Shown piece after piece: positions 1-9,865 of a DNA stretch of 64,000 nucleotides (within the stretch, counting starts at the first letter, position 1; each line of letters opens with the position of its first letter). The stretch lies in the NCBI GenBank assembly GCA_963662795.1, contig OY759746.1, positions 128,001 to 192,000 of the forward strand, written 5' to 3'. The notes below the pieces were generated by a model that was given only the letters and a program-made list of their open reading frames with translations, ran no database searches and was not told the origin of the DNA. The stretch comes from Spirochaetia bacterium (lineage in GTDB: Bacteria; Spirochaetota; Spirochaetia; CADAEX01). The translations under genes and the position numbers were made by a program.

Positions 1-269
1 ACCAGGTCTGACGGTGAAAAAAGGGTAAGAAGTTTTCTGAAAAAAAATTCATCCTTGCCATACCTGGAAGCAAAAAGATCAGTATTTTCGCTGTTTGTTA
101 TATTAAGGCCGCTCTGTCCGGCGAGTATATATTTTCTGCCGGGCTGATCTTTCTGCTCATAGAGGTTAACTGCTATATTGTTTTTAACCAGGCAGTAGGC
201 ACAGAAAAGCCCGGAAGGCCCTCCTCCGGTAATTACAACCTTTTTATTGCTGTCGGAATTATTCAGCAT
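1..269 (-). CDS. HI0933/BaiN-like NAD(P)/FAD-dependent flavoprotein, N-terminal part (runs off the window)
   Basis: Manual translation from ATG at 269: MLNNSDSNKKVVITGGGPSGLFCAYCL...YEQKDQPGRKYILAGQSGLNITNSE. GxGxxG FAD motif plus the GRKxxxxGxxGxNxTN family motif. Not in the ORF track. Confidence 0.8.
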   Translation of the reverse strand, partial: MLNNSDSNKKVVITGGGPSGLFCAYCLVKNNIAVNLYEQKDQPGRKYILAGQSGLNITNSENTDLFASRYGKDEFFFRKLLTLFSPSDL

Positions 270-378
270 CTGACACCTTTTTCATTGGAAAATATTCCGG
301 AAATTAAAACAGAAAAAGTCCTAAACTATTTGAAAGACAGCAGAATAAGAGTTTCTTTCATTCCGCTGTCTTTCCTTA

Positions 379-1593
379 TTAACCAATATCATACTGGGAA
401 GCCGAAAGGATATCCTTGTTTGACTCGATTATCTTTTTTATTGTTTTGCTCTCAAGAGCGGTATCTATCTGGATATTGGCACAGGCGCCTTCAGCACCGT
501 TGAATATTACATTCTGCATGCTTTCAACATTTGTATTGCTGTCCCTTATTATATCAAGAACACCCGCAAGAACTCCGACCCTGTTAAAATGGTGAACGCA
601 GAGCATGTATTTTGCCGATGTCTTTTCAAGAAGATTGACACAGTTCCTGACAGAGCCGGTAGCGATATATTCCTTTACAATTTTTACAGCTTCATCTGAT
701 ATTGCATTCTGTGCCTGCTTTGTTGAGGCTCCTATGTGATGTGTGCAATATACATTTCCAATCCCTGAAAAATCTGATTTAAAATTCCCTGTTCCTGATG
801 AAGGTTCCCCGCTGAAAACATCCAGACCTGCCCGTATATTTTTTGATGATACGACATTTTTAAGGGCTTCCTCATCAATTACCTCAGCCCTTGAAGTATT
901 GATAAAGCAGGCTCCTTCTTTCATCGAGTTGAAAAAATCTTTCCCCAAAAAACCGCGCGTATCATTAGTAAGGGCGAGGTGCACACTTATGATATCAGCT
1001 TTCCCTGCAAGAACCTTTACATCCCTGCAGTATTCGATATCCATACTTTCCGCTTTTTCAGGAGTCATCGACCTGCTCCATGCAGCGACTTTAAGCCCGA
1101 ATGCCTTTGCTCTGCTTATTACCTCGGAACCGATCATTCCTGTTCCGATTATTCCGAGCGTTTTACCGAATATCCCGTCTGCTTTTGAATATTTTTCCTT
1201 ATTCCATATCCCAGCCCTGAAATCTGCTACGTTATCAGGTATTTTTCTGTCAAGGCTTAATATCAGACCTAATGCGAGCTCAGCGACAGCAATTGAGTTT
1301 TTCCCCGGACAGTTTGCGACATAAACACTCTGTTCGGAAGCGGTTGCAATATCAATAGTGTTGTAACCGGCTCCTGCCCTGATGATAAGATTAAGCTTCG
1401 GGTTGGCCTCAATTGACTCTTTCCCCACTTTGGTTGATCTTACAATAATGATATCAGGCAGTTCATCACCAACAGCCTTTGTAAGCGAAGCTTCTTTTAG
1501 TCCCGGATCATACACAACTTTACATCCGAGTGATGTAAATTCCTCAATTTTATTTTCCGGGAATTTATCAGCGATCAGAATTTTAAATCCCAT
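379..1593 (-). CDS. serA: D-3-phosphoglycerate dehydrogenase-like D-2-hydroxyacid dehydrogenase with C-terminal ACT domain
   Basis: RAGAGYNTID, GIIGTGMIG NAD motif, FINTSRA, LDVF, THHIGAST; ACT-like C-terminus (HFNRVGVLA). Confidence 0.75.
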   Translation of the reverse strand: MGFKILIADKFPENKIEEFTSLGCKVVYDPGLKEASLTKAVGDELPDIIIVRSTKVGKESIEANPKLNLIIRAGAGYNTIDIATASEQSVYVANCPGKNSIAVAELALGLILSLDRKIPDNVADFRAGIWNKEKYSKADGIFGKTLGIIGTGMIGSEVISRAKAFGLKVAAWSRSMTPEKAESMDIEYCRDVKVLAGKADIISVHLALTNDTRGFLGKDFFNSMKEGACFINTSRAEVIDEEALKNVVSSKNIRAGLDVFSGEPSSGTGNFKSDFSGIGNVYCTHHIGASTKQAQNAISDEAVKIVKEYIATGSVRNCVNLLEKTSAKYMLCVHHFNRVGVLAGVLDIIRDSNTNVESMQNVIFNGAEGACANIQIDTALESKTIKKIIESNKDILSASQYDIG

Positions 1594-1647
1594 AACAAAT
1601 CCTCCTTTAAGTTCTCTGATTCATTATAAGCTGATTCTGAAATTATT

Positions 1648-3381
1648 TCATTCCATAATTTTATTTATTGAGGAGATTAACAGGGATGAATTATACGGTT
1701 TCTGCAAAAACCCAAGTATACCTTCATCATAAAGATTCTGCATATCACTCATATCAAGACTGTAGCCGCTTGATATGAGTGCGTTTATTTCAGGATTGAT
1801 TTCCCTCATAAGATTAAACAGTTCACGGCCGTTCATTCCCGGCATGATCATGTCAAGTATTACAATATCGACTGAGTCGTGGTTTTCCCTGTAAAAAGAG
1901 AGGGCATCAGCACCCCTGCTGAATCTGTGATTTTCCCGTTCAGGAGTCACCTTAAGCATGTCACGTACTGCTTCTTCATCATCAACAACAAGAATTGAAT
2001 AGCAATTTTTAAAATGCATATCTGTAATGCCGGGAGATAGGGGGTTCTCGTTTACGGAAGTAACATTCGGGAGAAAGATGCTGAAAACCGTACTTTTTCC
2101 AGATTCGCCTGATAAAGTGATAAATCCGTTATGCTCATTTACGGTACCGTATACCGCAGAAAGACCAAGCCCGGTCCCCCGCCCCATCCCCCTGGTTGTA
2201 AAAAAAGGCTCAAAAATCCTGTTTTTAATATTTTCAGAAATCCCTTCTCCTGTATCAGAGACCGATATTTTTACATATGTTCCGGGAATTATTTTCCTGC
2301 CGGCTTCGAGGATGAACATTTTATCAATACCAGCGTTATCAGAAATATCCATTATAGCAGATGACATTTCAAGTCTGCCTCCGTCGGGCATGGCATCACG
2401 GGCGTTGATTGCAAGATTAAGAATTGCGTTCTGGAGTTGACTTTTAGCACCTTTTACAAATGGATTTTCAGGTCTTAAATTATGTGAAAGAATAATTTTC
2501 CTGTCAATGCTCCGCATGATAATTGTTTCGGTTTCCATGATTAAACTGTTAATATCTACAGGAACTGCATCATGATGCCCCTTCCTCGCAAAAAACAGGA
2601 GCTGCTTTATAAGGTCTGCCGCATTTTTCGAACTGTAAAGAACATTGTCTGCATATCTGATGATCTCCTCATCATCAACACTGTTTTTGATAAGATCCGT
2701 ATACCCGACAATACCTGCGAGCTGGTTATTGAAATCATGGGCAATTCCACTGGCAAGCTGGCCTATGGCATTCATTTTTTCAGACTGCCTGAGCTGAGTT
2801 TCACTTTCCTGCAGCGCATTTTTTGTCTCTATATTGGTTCTGAAAATATAATCACTCAGCTCCTTTTTAAGCAGCTCTGACTGAGCAAGCAGAGTCGTAC
2901 ATTTTCCCATAAGCCGGCTCGACAGCTCTGACGCTTTCAGCCGGTTGTCTTTCCGGATATAAAATTCAAGCAGCAGAATCATCTCTGATGTTATTGAAGT
3001 ATCAGCAATTAGTTCCATTACACGGTAGCTGATCTCTGGGGTCAGGGATTCCCTGTCCATTTTTTCAAGTTTTCGTATAGCACTTTCAAAACTTTCATTG
3101 ATCCTGTACGATGAAGGTTCATATTCATCGATATACCTGTAAAGTTCTGTCCTGGCATTGGCTATATCGGTTGAAATTTCAGAAAGTCTGCCGATAGTCG
3201 GTATAAGAGAATCTGTCAGGCTGCTGAATGTGCTGTTGATTGTAAACCAGCTTATGGCCGATGTGAAAGTAACAATAATAAATATAACAAACATGAAAAA
3301 ATATATTGCAAAGGTTAGTTTACTGTTTTGCTTAAAATCCAATATCACCGGATTTTGCCCTGCGGGACAGCTCTTTCCCAA
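1648..3381 (-). CDS. Hybrid sensor histidine kinase/response regulator, apparently with internal deletions
   Basis: H-box GIAHDFNNQL, N-box NLAINARDAM, DTGEGI, GTGLGL, receiver VVDDE...LDMIMP. Only one TM helix; the helical sensor domain runs directly into HisKA. Start uncertain. Confidence 0.8.
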   Translation of the reverse strand: MGKSCPAGQNPVILDFKQNSKLTFAIYFFMFVIFIIVTFTSAISWFTINSTFSSLTDSLIPTIGRLSEISTDIANARTELYRYIDEYEPSSYRINESFESAIRKLEKMDRESLTPEISYRVMELIADTSITSEMILLLEFYIRKDNRLKASELSSRLMGKCTTLLAQSELLKKELSDYIFRTNIETKNALQESETQLRQSEKMNAIGQLASGIAHDFNNQLAGIVGYTDLIKNSVDDEEIIRYADNVLYSSKNAADLIKQLLFFARKGHHDAVPVDINSLIMETETIIMRSIDRKIILSHNLRPENPFVKGAKSQLQNAILNLAINARDAMPDGGRLEMSSAIMDISDNAGIDKMFILEAGRKIIPGTYVKISVSDTGEGISENIKNRIFEPFFTTRGMGRGTGLGLSAVYGTVNEHNGFITLSGESGKSTVFSIFLPNVTSVNENPLSPGITDMHFKNCYSILVVDDEEAVRDMLKVTPERENHRFSRGADALSFYRENHDSVDIVILDMIMPGMNGRELFNLMREINPEINALISSGYSLDMSDMQNLYDEGILGFLQKPYNSSLLISSINKIME

Positions 3382-3393
3382 ATAGCATTGGTA

Positions 3394-4357
3394 TTACTCC
3401 AGTTTGTCTGATATAATACCGTTTTTTTTCAGATTATCCACAGTTAAAGCTGCCTGCTCAGGTATGTGAAAGCCTAAAGGTATCTCCTTGTATTTTATCA
3501 GCCGGAATATCTCTTTTATCTGGGCCATCTGATGATTTTTTTAAGTGTTCCGGATTTATCGTGTCTGATTACAATATCAACAGCCTCTTCCTGATTCTCC
3601 ATGGCCCATTTCCATCCGCGGAGCGAAGCCCTCACCATCCTTTTGCAGAGGTCCGGATTGTTATCCAGTGTTGATTTTTTTGTAAAAATAATATCCCCGG
3701 GGAAATTCATTCCATAGTCCGCAAAATCAATGATATTGATATCTTCCTTTCTGTATCCGCTTTCAAGCACGCTGAGATATTCATTGTATGTCATCGACTT
3801 GACCGCATCATAAGTATTATCAAGGAAAGGGCGGATACTCCATTTAAGAGGACTGATGCTCATACTGTCAAGTGGAATTTCAAGCTGGCTCATAAGGCTG
3901 TAAAACTCGATTTCATTGCCAAAAAGCCAGATGCCAAGCCTTTTCCCCTTAAAATCGTAAGGGGTTTTAATCCCTGAATCCGCTTTTGCTATCATCACAA
4001 GCCCGTTGCTCTGCAGTATCTGGGCAATTGATATCAGTGAAAGCCCTTTATCTTTTGCAGCCGCAAAATCCGCAAACCACTGTATCCCGAAATCTGAAAC
4101 GCCTGAAGAAACAAGAGACATGGAGTCAATATCAGGAGCACCCGGCCTGATTACAAGGTTTATCCCCTCAGCATTATGAAAACCTTTATCAAAGGCGGCG
4201 TAATAACCTGCGAACTGGCATTGGGTAAGCCATTTAAGGGAGAGTTTAACATTATCCTGTTTCCTGTTCTGGGCCGATAATTCATTAACTCCTGCAAAAA
4301 GGAACAGGGAATTTTAAAGCATAAATTTTCTGCTTTAAAATTCCTTTTTTTCTGCAC
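3394..4357 (-). pseudogene. NMT1/THI5-like ABC substrate-binding protein, frameshifted
   Basis: GGAGG RBS then GTG at 4357. Frame break in the signal region near 4310; the frame ...LSLKWLTQCQFAGYYAAFDKGF... continues into ORF 3516-4121. A second shift at the T7 run 3536-3542 restores HQMAQIKEIFRLI...ISDKLE* ending at 3394. Confidence 0.7.
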
Positions 4358-4371
4358 AATAATTTCCTCCA

Positions 4372-6963
4372 TCAGTCAAATCCGCCAGTCCTTCGCACAT
4401 CAGAAGTATCCCTGGCATTTTCAATGATTTCAAGCGCAATTTTTTCTGAATCTTTGATAGAAATACCGGAAATTATATGCTTTATAAGCGGGATCCGGTC
4501 AGGCCCCGCGCTTATTGAACTTATGCCGAGCCCTAAAATGAGGCCAACCGCATCAGGGTCAGCTCCCATTTCCCCGCAGAGGCTAACAGGTATTCCTCTC
4601 TTCTGCCCTGCTTCAGCCGCCATTTTAATAGAACGGAGAACCGCAGGATCAAAAGGGTCGGCCCAGGAAGCCAGATCTGCGCTGCCCCTTTCAGCCGCCA
4701 TAATATACTGTGTAAGATCATTGGTGCCGATGCTGAAAAAATCAGAAACCAAAGCCATTTCTTCCGCCATGACAACTGAGGACGGAGTCTCAATCATTAT
4801 ACCGAGAGGGATTGGCCACAAATGGGGAATATCTCCTTTTTCAAGCTCAGTATGGACATCATTGAGAAAACATCTGAATTTTATCACCTCGCTCTGCTTT
4901 GATACCATAGGCAGCATTAACCGGATATTATGACCGGCACCTGCTTTAAGTATTGCCCTCAGCTGCCTTTTTATTATATCCGGATTTGTATTATACAGCC
5001 TTATTCCCCGTCTTCCGAGATAGGGGTTTTCCTCCAAAGGGATTCCGACAAAGGGGACTCTCTTATCTCCGCCGATATCAAAGGTCCGCACTGTCACGGG
5101 TTTTCCGTTCATGGCAGTAAATATGGAATGAAAATAATTGTACTGCCCGGTCTCCGAAGGCTCTTTTTCCGAATGGATAAAAAGGAATTCACTTCTGATA
5201 ACGCCGATCCCGTCAGCCCCTTTAAGGGATGCTATTTCAGCCTCTTCGGCTGTTGAAATATTAGCATAAACAGGGATATGTATTCCGTCTTTTGTTACAG
5301 CATCTTTTCCCGCGGCATCAAGCAGGTGTGCGGTTACTTCCCGGTGTTTCTCCTTTTTCAGGAGCAGTGAACCTGTAATCTTTTTTAAAGGATTGATAAA
5401 AACCTCTCCGCTGTATCCGTCAACTGCAACCATATCGCCGTTTTTCATTTCATGTATTTTACCGCAATTGCCTATACCCGGGATTCCAAGCGCTCTTGCT
5501 ATAATTGCGGCATGCGACAATGTGCTTCCACGGGAAAGTATAAGCCCTGCCGCTTTTTTATTATAAAGTTTTAAAACAGCCGAAGGAGTGACATCTGAGG
5601 AAACAATGACTGACCCTTCCGGTACAGCATCATACAGGCCGGATAAACCGTCGGACGCCTCTTCGCGATGACTTGGCAGAGCTTCAAGAATACTTAAAAC
5701 CTGATGCGATACATCGCGGACATCCGCTTCCCGCATCCTCATGTAAGGGTCAGCCATTTCCTTATAACGCTTTATGATTTCAACTGCACACTTACTGAAC
5801 GCACAGGAAGGTGAATATTTATTGTCTTTTATCAGGTTGATGCTCTTATCCATAAGGTCCGGATCTCCAATTATCGCAAGGTGGGCATTAAGAATATCAG
5901 CCTCGTCATTTTTCCGGTTCAGGATAAGCTTTTCCATTTTTACCGCTATGCATTTTTTTACTTTTAAAACAGCGCCCTCAAGAAATTCAATTGCTTCTGC
6001 TGTATCATCTGTATACTCAATAGGTACTTCAATGGAAAACTCAGGAAGAACATAGACAGGACCAATTCCAATACCTTCAGAAAAAGCAAATTCTTTTCCC
6101 GATATTCCCGGGTTCTCATATAATGAGCGCGGAGCCCCTTTACCTGATTCCGCCTGTTTTACTCCCGTATTTTCAATTACTCCGCCGGTTCCCGTCCCCT
6201 CGCCGAAATTATTGTCAATTAACACTGAAAGCTCTTTTATAAGTTTTTCAGGATTATTACCTTCGGCAGTGACTGAAATCTCATGTCCTGCAAGGATTTC
6301 AAGGGATGCAAGCTGATTCAGGCTTTTTCCGTTTGCCGGCCCTTTTCCGGTTGTAGTGTTAGTTACTTCAGCAGCACATCCTGATGCACAGACCGCCCTC
6401 ACAAATGCCGATGCCGGCCTGGCATGAAGGCCGTGAATAGTCATAATTATAAAATTCCGGGTAATTTTTTTTTGATTTTGATTTACCTGATTCTCCGCTG
6501 AAGCTGTAAGTACCTTTTTTTCCGCAGCAGGATCACCGGCAGAAGCACCTGCGGATGGAACATATTCATTACCCTTCATGGAAAGGCTCATTTCAGCTTC
6601 GCTCAATGCAAAGTCAGCATCAGAACCGGATGCACACTGCACGGCGGCGCTTAATACCCCTTCAACAAGGGGCGCTTTTGAAATATAGACATGTTCTTTT
6701 TTTTCTTCATCAAGCAGGTCAAGGGCGAATTCTGCGCTTAAAACAGAACTCCCGATATCTGTAAATACAATAACACCTTCAGTTGTATAAACTGATTCTA
6801 TGGCATAGAGGATATCTGTCGCATCAGTACCTGATAAATCTGAACTGCCTCCTGCACCGCCTGAATACGCGACAGGGATTTTCACACTGCTGACTTCCGA
6901 GGCGAGAGAGGCAAGGCTCTCTGCAAGCTTTCTGCTGTGCGAGACAATTACAATTGAAAACAT
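4372..6963 (-). CDS. dhaM: DhaM (EIIA-Man-like)-HPr-Enzyme I multidomain phosphotransferase
   Basis: N-terminal IVIVSHS, HPr motif GLHARPA, EI motif SHAAIIARALGIP, C-terminal FSIGTNDLTQY and CGE. Directly downstream of dhaK and dhaL. Confidence 0.9.
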   Translation of the reverse strand: MFSIVIVSHSRKLAESLASLASEVSSVKIPVAYSGGAGGSSDLSGTDATDILYAIESVYTTEGVIVFTDIGSSVLSAEFALDLLDEEKKEHVYISKAPLVEGVLSAAVQCASGSDADFALSEAEMSLSMKGNEYVPSAGASAGDPAAEKKVLTASAENQVNQNQKKITRNFIIMTIHGLHARPASAFVRAVCASGCAAEVTNTTTGKGPANGKSLNQLASLEILAGHEISVTAEGNNPEKLIKELSVLIDNNFGEGTGTGGVIENTGVKQAESGKGAPRSLYENPGISGKEFAFSEGIGIGPVYVLPEFSIEVPIEYTDDTAEAIEFLEGAVLKVKKCIAVKMEKLILNRKNDEADILNAHLAIIGDPDLMDKSINLIKDNKYSPSCAFSKCAVEIIKRYKEMADPYMRMREADVRDVSHQVLSILEALPSHREEASDGLSGLYDAVPEGSVIVSSDVTPSAVLKLYNKKAAGLILSRGSTLSHAAIIARALGIPGIGNCGKIHEMKNGDMVAVDGYSGEVFINPLKKITGSLLLKKEKHREVTAHLLDAAGKDAVTKDGIHIPVYANISTAEEAEIASLKGADGIGVIRSEFLFIHSEKEPSETGQYNYFHSIFTAMNGKPVTVRTFDIGGDKRVPFVGIPLEENPYLGRRGIRLYNTNPDIIKRQLRAILKAGAGHNIRLMLPMVSKQSEVIKFRCFLNDVHTELEKGDIPHLWPIPLGIMIETPSSVVMAEEMALVSDFFSIGTNDLTQYIMAAERGSADLASWADPFDPAVLRSIKMAAEAGQKRGIPVSLCGEMGADPDAVGLILGLGISSISAGPDRIPLIKHIISGISIKDSEKIALEIIENARDTSDVRRTGGFD

Positions 6964-6967
6964 CCTG

Positions 6968-7678
6968 TTATCTCAATATTTCCGAGGCAGCTTTTATCAT
7001 CAGATAGCTTGATACCGCACCCGGATCCAGATGGCCTATGCTTCTTTCCCCAAGATAGCTTGCCCTCCCTTTAAGCGCCTTCATGTCCTTCGTAGCGTTC
7101 ATTCCTGCTTCTGCGCTTTTAAGGCCTGCAGAAAGAATTTCGGCAAGACTTCCGCCGGATACAGCTTCAACTTCCATTGCCCGAAGCGCGGGAAGCCAGG
7201 TATCAAGCATGGTCTTATCCCCTTCTTCGGCATGGCCGCGCATTTTTATCCCTTCTACCCCTTTTTCAAGGACAGAAACAAGCTCACGGCTGTCCATCTC
7301 TTTTTCTGATTTCACAGCCTTTGATATTCCAAGGAAAAAAGTTCCGAGCAAGGCTCCTGAGGCTCCCCCTACTGTTTTGATCAATGTCATGGAGACAGAT
7401 TTAAACAGGTAGGAGAAAGAATCAGAGGTCTGCCCTGATGTGCCTGCAAGGACTTCGCTGCCTGCCGCGCCTGCTGCACCTGGGCCGGCGCCGGATGACA
7501 TTCTCTCAATTTCCGCCCTTACAGCGGAAAACCCCCTCTCCAGATTTATCCCGTGATCTGCATCTCCTATCGCTGAATCAAGGTCTGTAAGGTATTCCCT
7601 GTTTTCTGAATAAATATCTGAAAGCACCAATAACCAGTCCTTAACCTTATCAATCGTGACCATATTCATATTCCCCAC
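6968..7678 (-). CDS. dhaL: Dihydroxyacetone kinase subunit L
   Basis: [42 protein letters not shown]. Confidence 0.95.
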   Translation of the reverse strand: MGNMNMVTIDKVKDWLLVLSDIYSENREYLTDLDSAIGDADHGINLERGFSAVRAEIERMSSGAGPGAAGAAGSEVLAGTSGQTSDSFSYLFKSVSMTLIKTVGGASGALLGTFFLGISKAVKSEKEMDSRELVSVLEKGVEGIKMRGHAEEGDKTMLDTWLPALRAMEVEAVSGGSLAEILSAGLKSAEAGMNATKDMKALKGRASYLGERSIGHLDPGAVSSYLMIKAASEILR

Positions 7679-8667
7679 CTGAGGGCAGGCGTCAGAACAG
7701 GATCATCCCAAAGCCCGAGCATTTCATCGTCAGCTTTTAATAACGTAATTGAAAAGCCCTGCATCTCAAGCGAGGTAATATAATTGCCTATAAGCTTGCG
7801 GGATATCAAAATACCTTTTGATTTTGTGATTTTAAAGACTTCGCTGTAAAGAAGATACAATTCAATAAGAGGGGTTCCCCCCATACCGTTAAGCATCAGA
7901 ATTACCCTGTCTCCATTTTTATAAGGGAGGTCCGAAGTGATTGCCTCCATCATCATATCAGTAACTTCGGAGGCTTTTTTAAGGGGAAGTCTTTCCCGGC
8001 CGGGCTCGCCGTGAATGCCGATGCCTATTTCCATCTCGTTTTCACTTATCTGAAATGTAGGCTTTCCGGCGGCAGGAACTGTGCAGGAGGTCAGGGCCAT
8101 CCCCATTGAGCGCGAGGCTTCGTTTACTGCCCGGCAGATATCGGCCGTCTTTTTTAAATCGTACCCCCTTTCCGACGCTGCCCCGCATATTTTTTCAGCA
8201 AGTACTGTAGCACCGACTCCGCGCCTGCCTTGAGTATAAAGGCTGTCCTTTACAGCAACATCATCATTAATTACAACACTTTCTGTTTTTATCCCTTCAT
8301 CAGAGGCAAGCTCGGCTGCCATTTCAAAATTCATCACATCGCCTGAATAGTTTTTCACGATGTTCAGGACACCGGCCCCGCCGTCAACCGCTTTTACGGC
8401 AGCAAGTATCTGATCCGGTGCAGGCGACGTAAAAACGTCTCCCGGGCACGCGGCGTGGAGCATCCCGTGCCCGACAAATCCGCCGTGCATCGGCTCGTGT
8501 CCGCTGCCCCCCCCTGAAACCAGAGCTGTCTTTCCTTTAAGAGGCGCGTCTGCCCTGATTATATAATTCGGATCAAAAAAAACTTTCAGAAGATCAGGGT
8601 GGGCTGCCTGCATCCCCTGAAGCGCCTCACTTACAACAAGTCCCGGTAAATTAATTAATTTTTTCAT
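7666..8667 (-). CDS. dhaK: Dihydroxyacetone kinase subunit K
   Basis: [31 protein letters not shown]. Confidence 0.95.
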   Translation of the reverse strand: MKKLINLPGLVVSEALQGMQAAHPDLLKVFFDPNYIIRADAPLKGKTALVSGGGSGHEPMHGGFVGHGMLHAACPGDVFTSPAPDQILAAVKAVDGGAGVLNIVKNYSGDVMNFEMAAELASDEGIKTESVVINDDVAVKDSLYTQGRRGVGATVLAEKICGAASERGYDLKKTADICRAVNEASRSMGMALTSCTVPAAGKPTFQISENEMEIGIGIHGEPGRERLPLKKASEVTDMMMEAITSDLPYKNGDRVILMLNGMGGTPLIELYLLYSEVFKITKSKGILISRKLIGNYITSLEMQGFSITLLKADDEMLGLWDDPVLTPALRWGI

Positions 8668-8704
8668 TTCCCCTCCTGGTCAAACTGATAAACAGGATAA
8701 AGAT

Positions 8705-8729
8705 ATTATAGCACGGATTGAACAATCCG
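8705..8729 (-). promoter_or_regulatory. Extended -10 (TGCTATAAT) of the dha operon plus adjacent palindrome CGGATTG-AA-CAATCCG (candidate operator)
   Basis: attatagca at 8705-8713; perfect 7-bp inverted repeat at 8714-8729 in the divergent dhaK/AKR gap. Confidence 0.5.
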
Positions 8730-8773
8730 GCAGTCATGTATATATTAAATCTTTCATCCAGAAGGAGCAAAAT

Positions 8774-9706
8774 ATGAAGTACAGAATTCTTGGAAAATCA
8801 GGGCTTAAGGTATCGGTCATTTCTCTCGGCACATATCAGTATGGCGGAAGCTGGGGGAAGGAATATATCCAGAAAGATGTAGATTCAATTTTTGCCGCGG
8901 CAGAAGAGTCCGGAATTAATTTTCTTGACACGGCAGAATGCTACGGAGTTGACAACCATGCGGAAAGACTTATCGGCAGGGCTATTGAAGGGAAAAGGGA
9001 CAAATGGCTTGTTGCAACAAAATTCGGGCATGAAAGAAAAGAACCGCAGAAAAACTCACCTGCATGGGAAGTCAGCCGGATTCAGAATCAGCTTGAAACC
9101 TCACTCAGGCTCCTTAAAACAGATTATATAGACCTTTATCAGTTCCATTCCGGCCCGGATGAAATCTTTGATAATGACGAAATATGGACGATGCTGGATA
9201 AGGAAAAAGCAAAAGGGAAAATCCGCCATCTTGGTATTTCACTAAACAGGACAAAAAGCAACAATGAAGACTACCAGACCCTTAACGCATTAAAAGTGGG
9301 GGCTGAGGTTATACAGCTGAAATACAACAGACTTGAAAGGGATGCGGAAAACAAAATACTGCCTGCGGCGGAAAAATCGGGCCTCGGCGTAATAGGAAGG
9401 GTAGCGCTTGCAAGCGGTATGCTCAGCGGGAAATATCAGTCCATTAATGAATTCAGCAGCGCTGAATCAAGAGCGAAGAAATACAAACCGGAACTTATAA
9501 AAAAACTTCAGCTGGAAATTGAGGAAATAATTAAAAACGAACTTCCTGAAAATGTCCTGCTTTCTCAGTATGCGCTTGCCTGGGTATTATCCAATCCCGC
9601 AATAAGCTGTGTAATAGCAGGATGTAAATCAGCTGAACAGGTTAAAATAAACGCGGCAACTGCTGATCTTGAGATAATGAAGAAAAAACACAAGTTTGAT
9701 GTCTGA
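8774..9706 (+). CDS. Aldo/keto reductase
   Basis: LGKSGLKVSVISLGT, DTAECYG, ATKFG, SLRLLKTDYIDLYQFH. Confidence 0.92.
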   Translation: MKYRILGKSGLKVSVISLGTYQYGGSWGKEYIQKDVDSIFAAAEESGINFLDTAECYGVDNHAERLIGRAIEGKRDKWLVATKFGHERKEPQKNSPAWEVSRIQNQLETSLRLLKTDYIDLYQFHSGPDEIFDNDEIWTMLDKEKAKGKIRHLGISLNRTKSNNEDYQTLNALKVGAEVIQLKYNRLERDAENKILPAAEKSGLGVIGRVALASGMLSGKYQSINEFSSAESRAKKYKPELIKKLQLEIEEIIKNELPENVLLSQYALAWVLSNPAISCVIAGCKSAEQVKINAATADLEIMKKKHKFDV

Positions 9707-9865
9707 TAAATTATTAAACCAGCGGGTGATAAAAGCAGCATATAACAGTATTTAAATGAAGAAATTTTCTTCTCTTTCAGATATATTGTCTCATAATATC
9801 GTTTCATGAATTTACATCTGCATGGATTTTATGTATTTTTAATACATGAGCCCAATGGATGATAA

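Noticed and set aside
4160-4372. 70-aa ORF as an independent gene
   Set aside because: It is the out-of-frame 5' portion of the broken NMT1-like gene.
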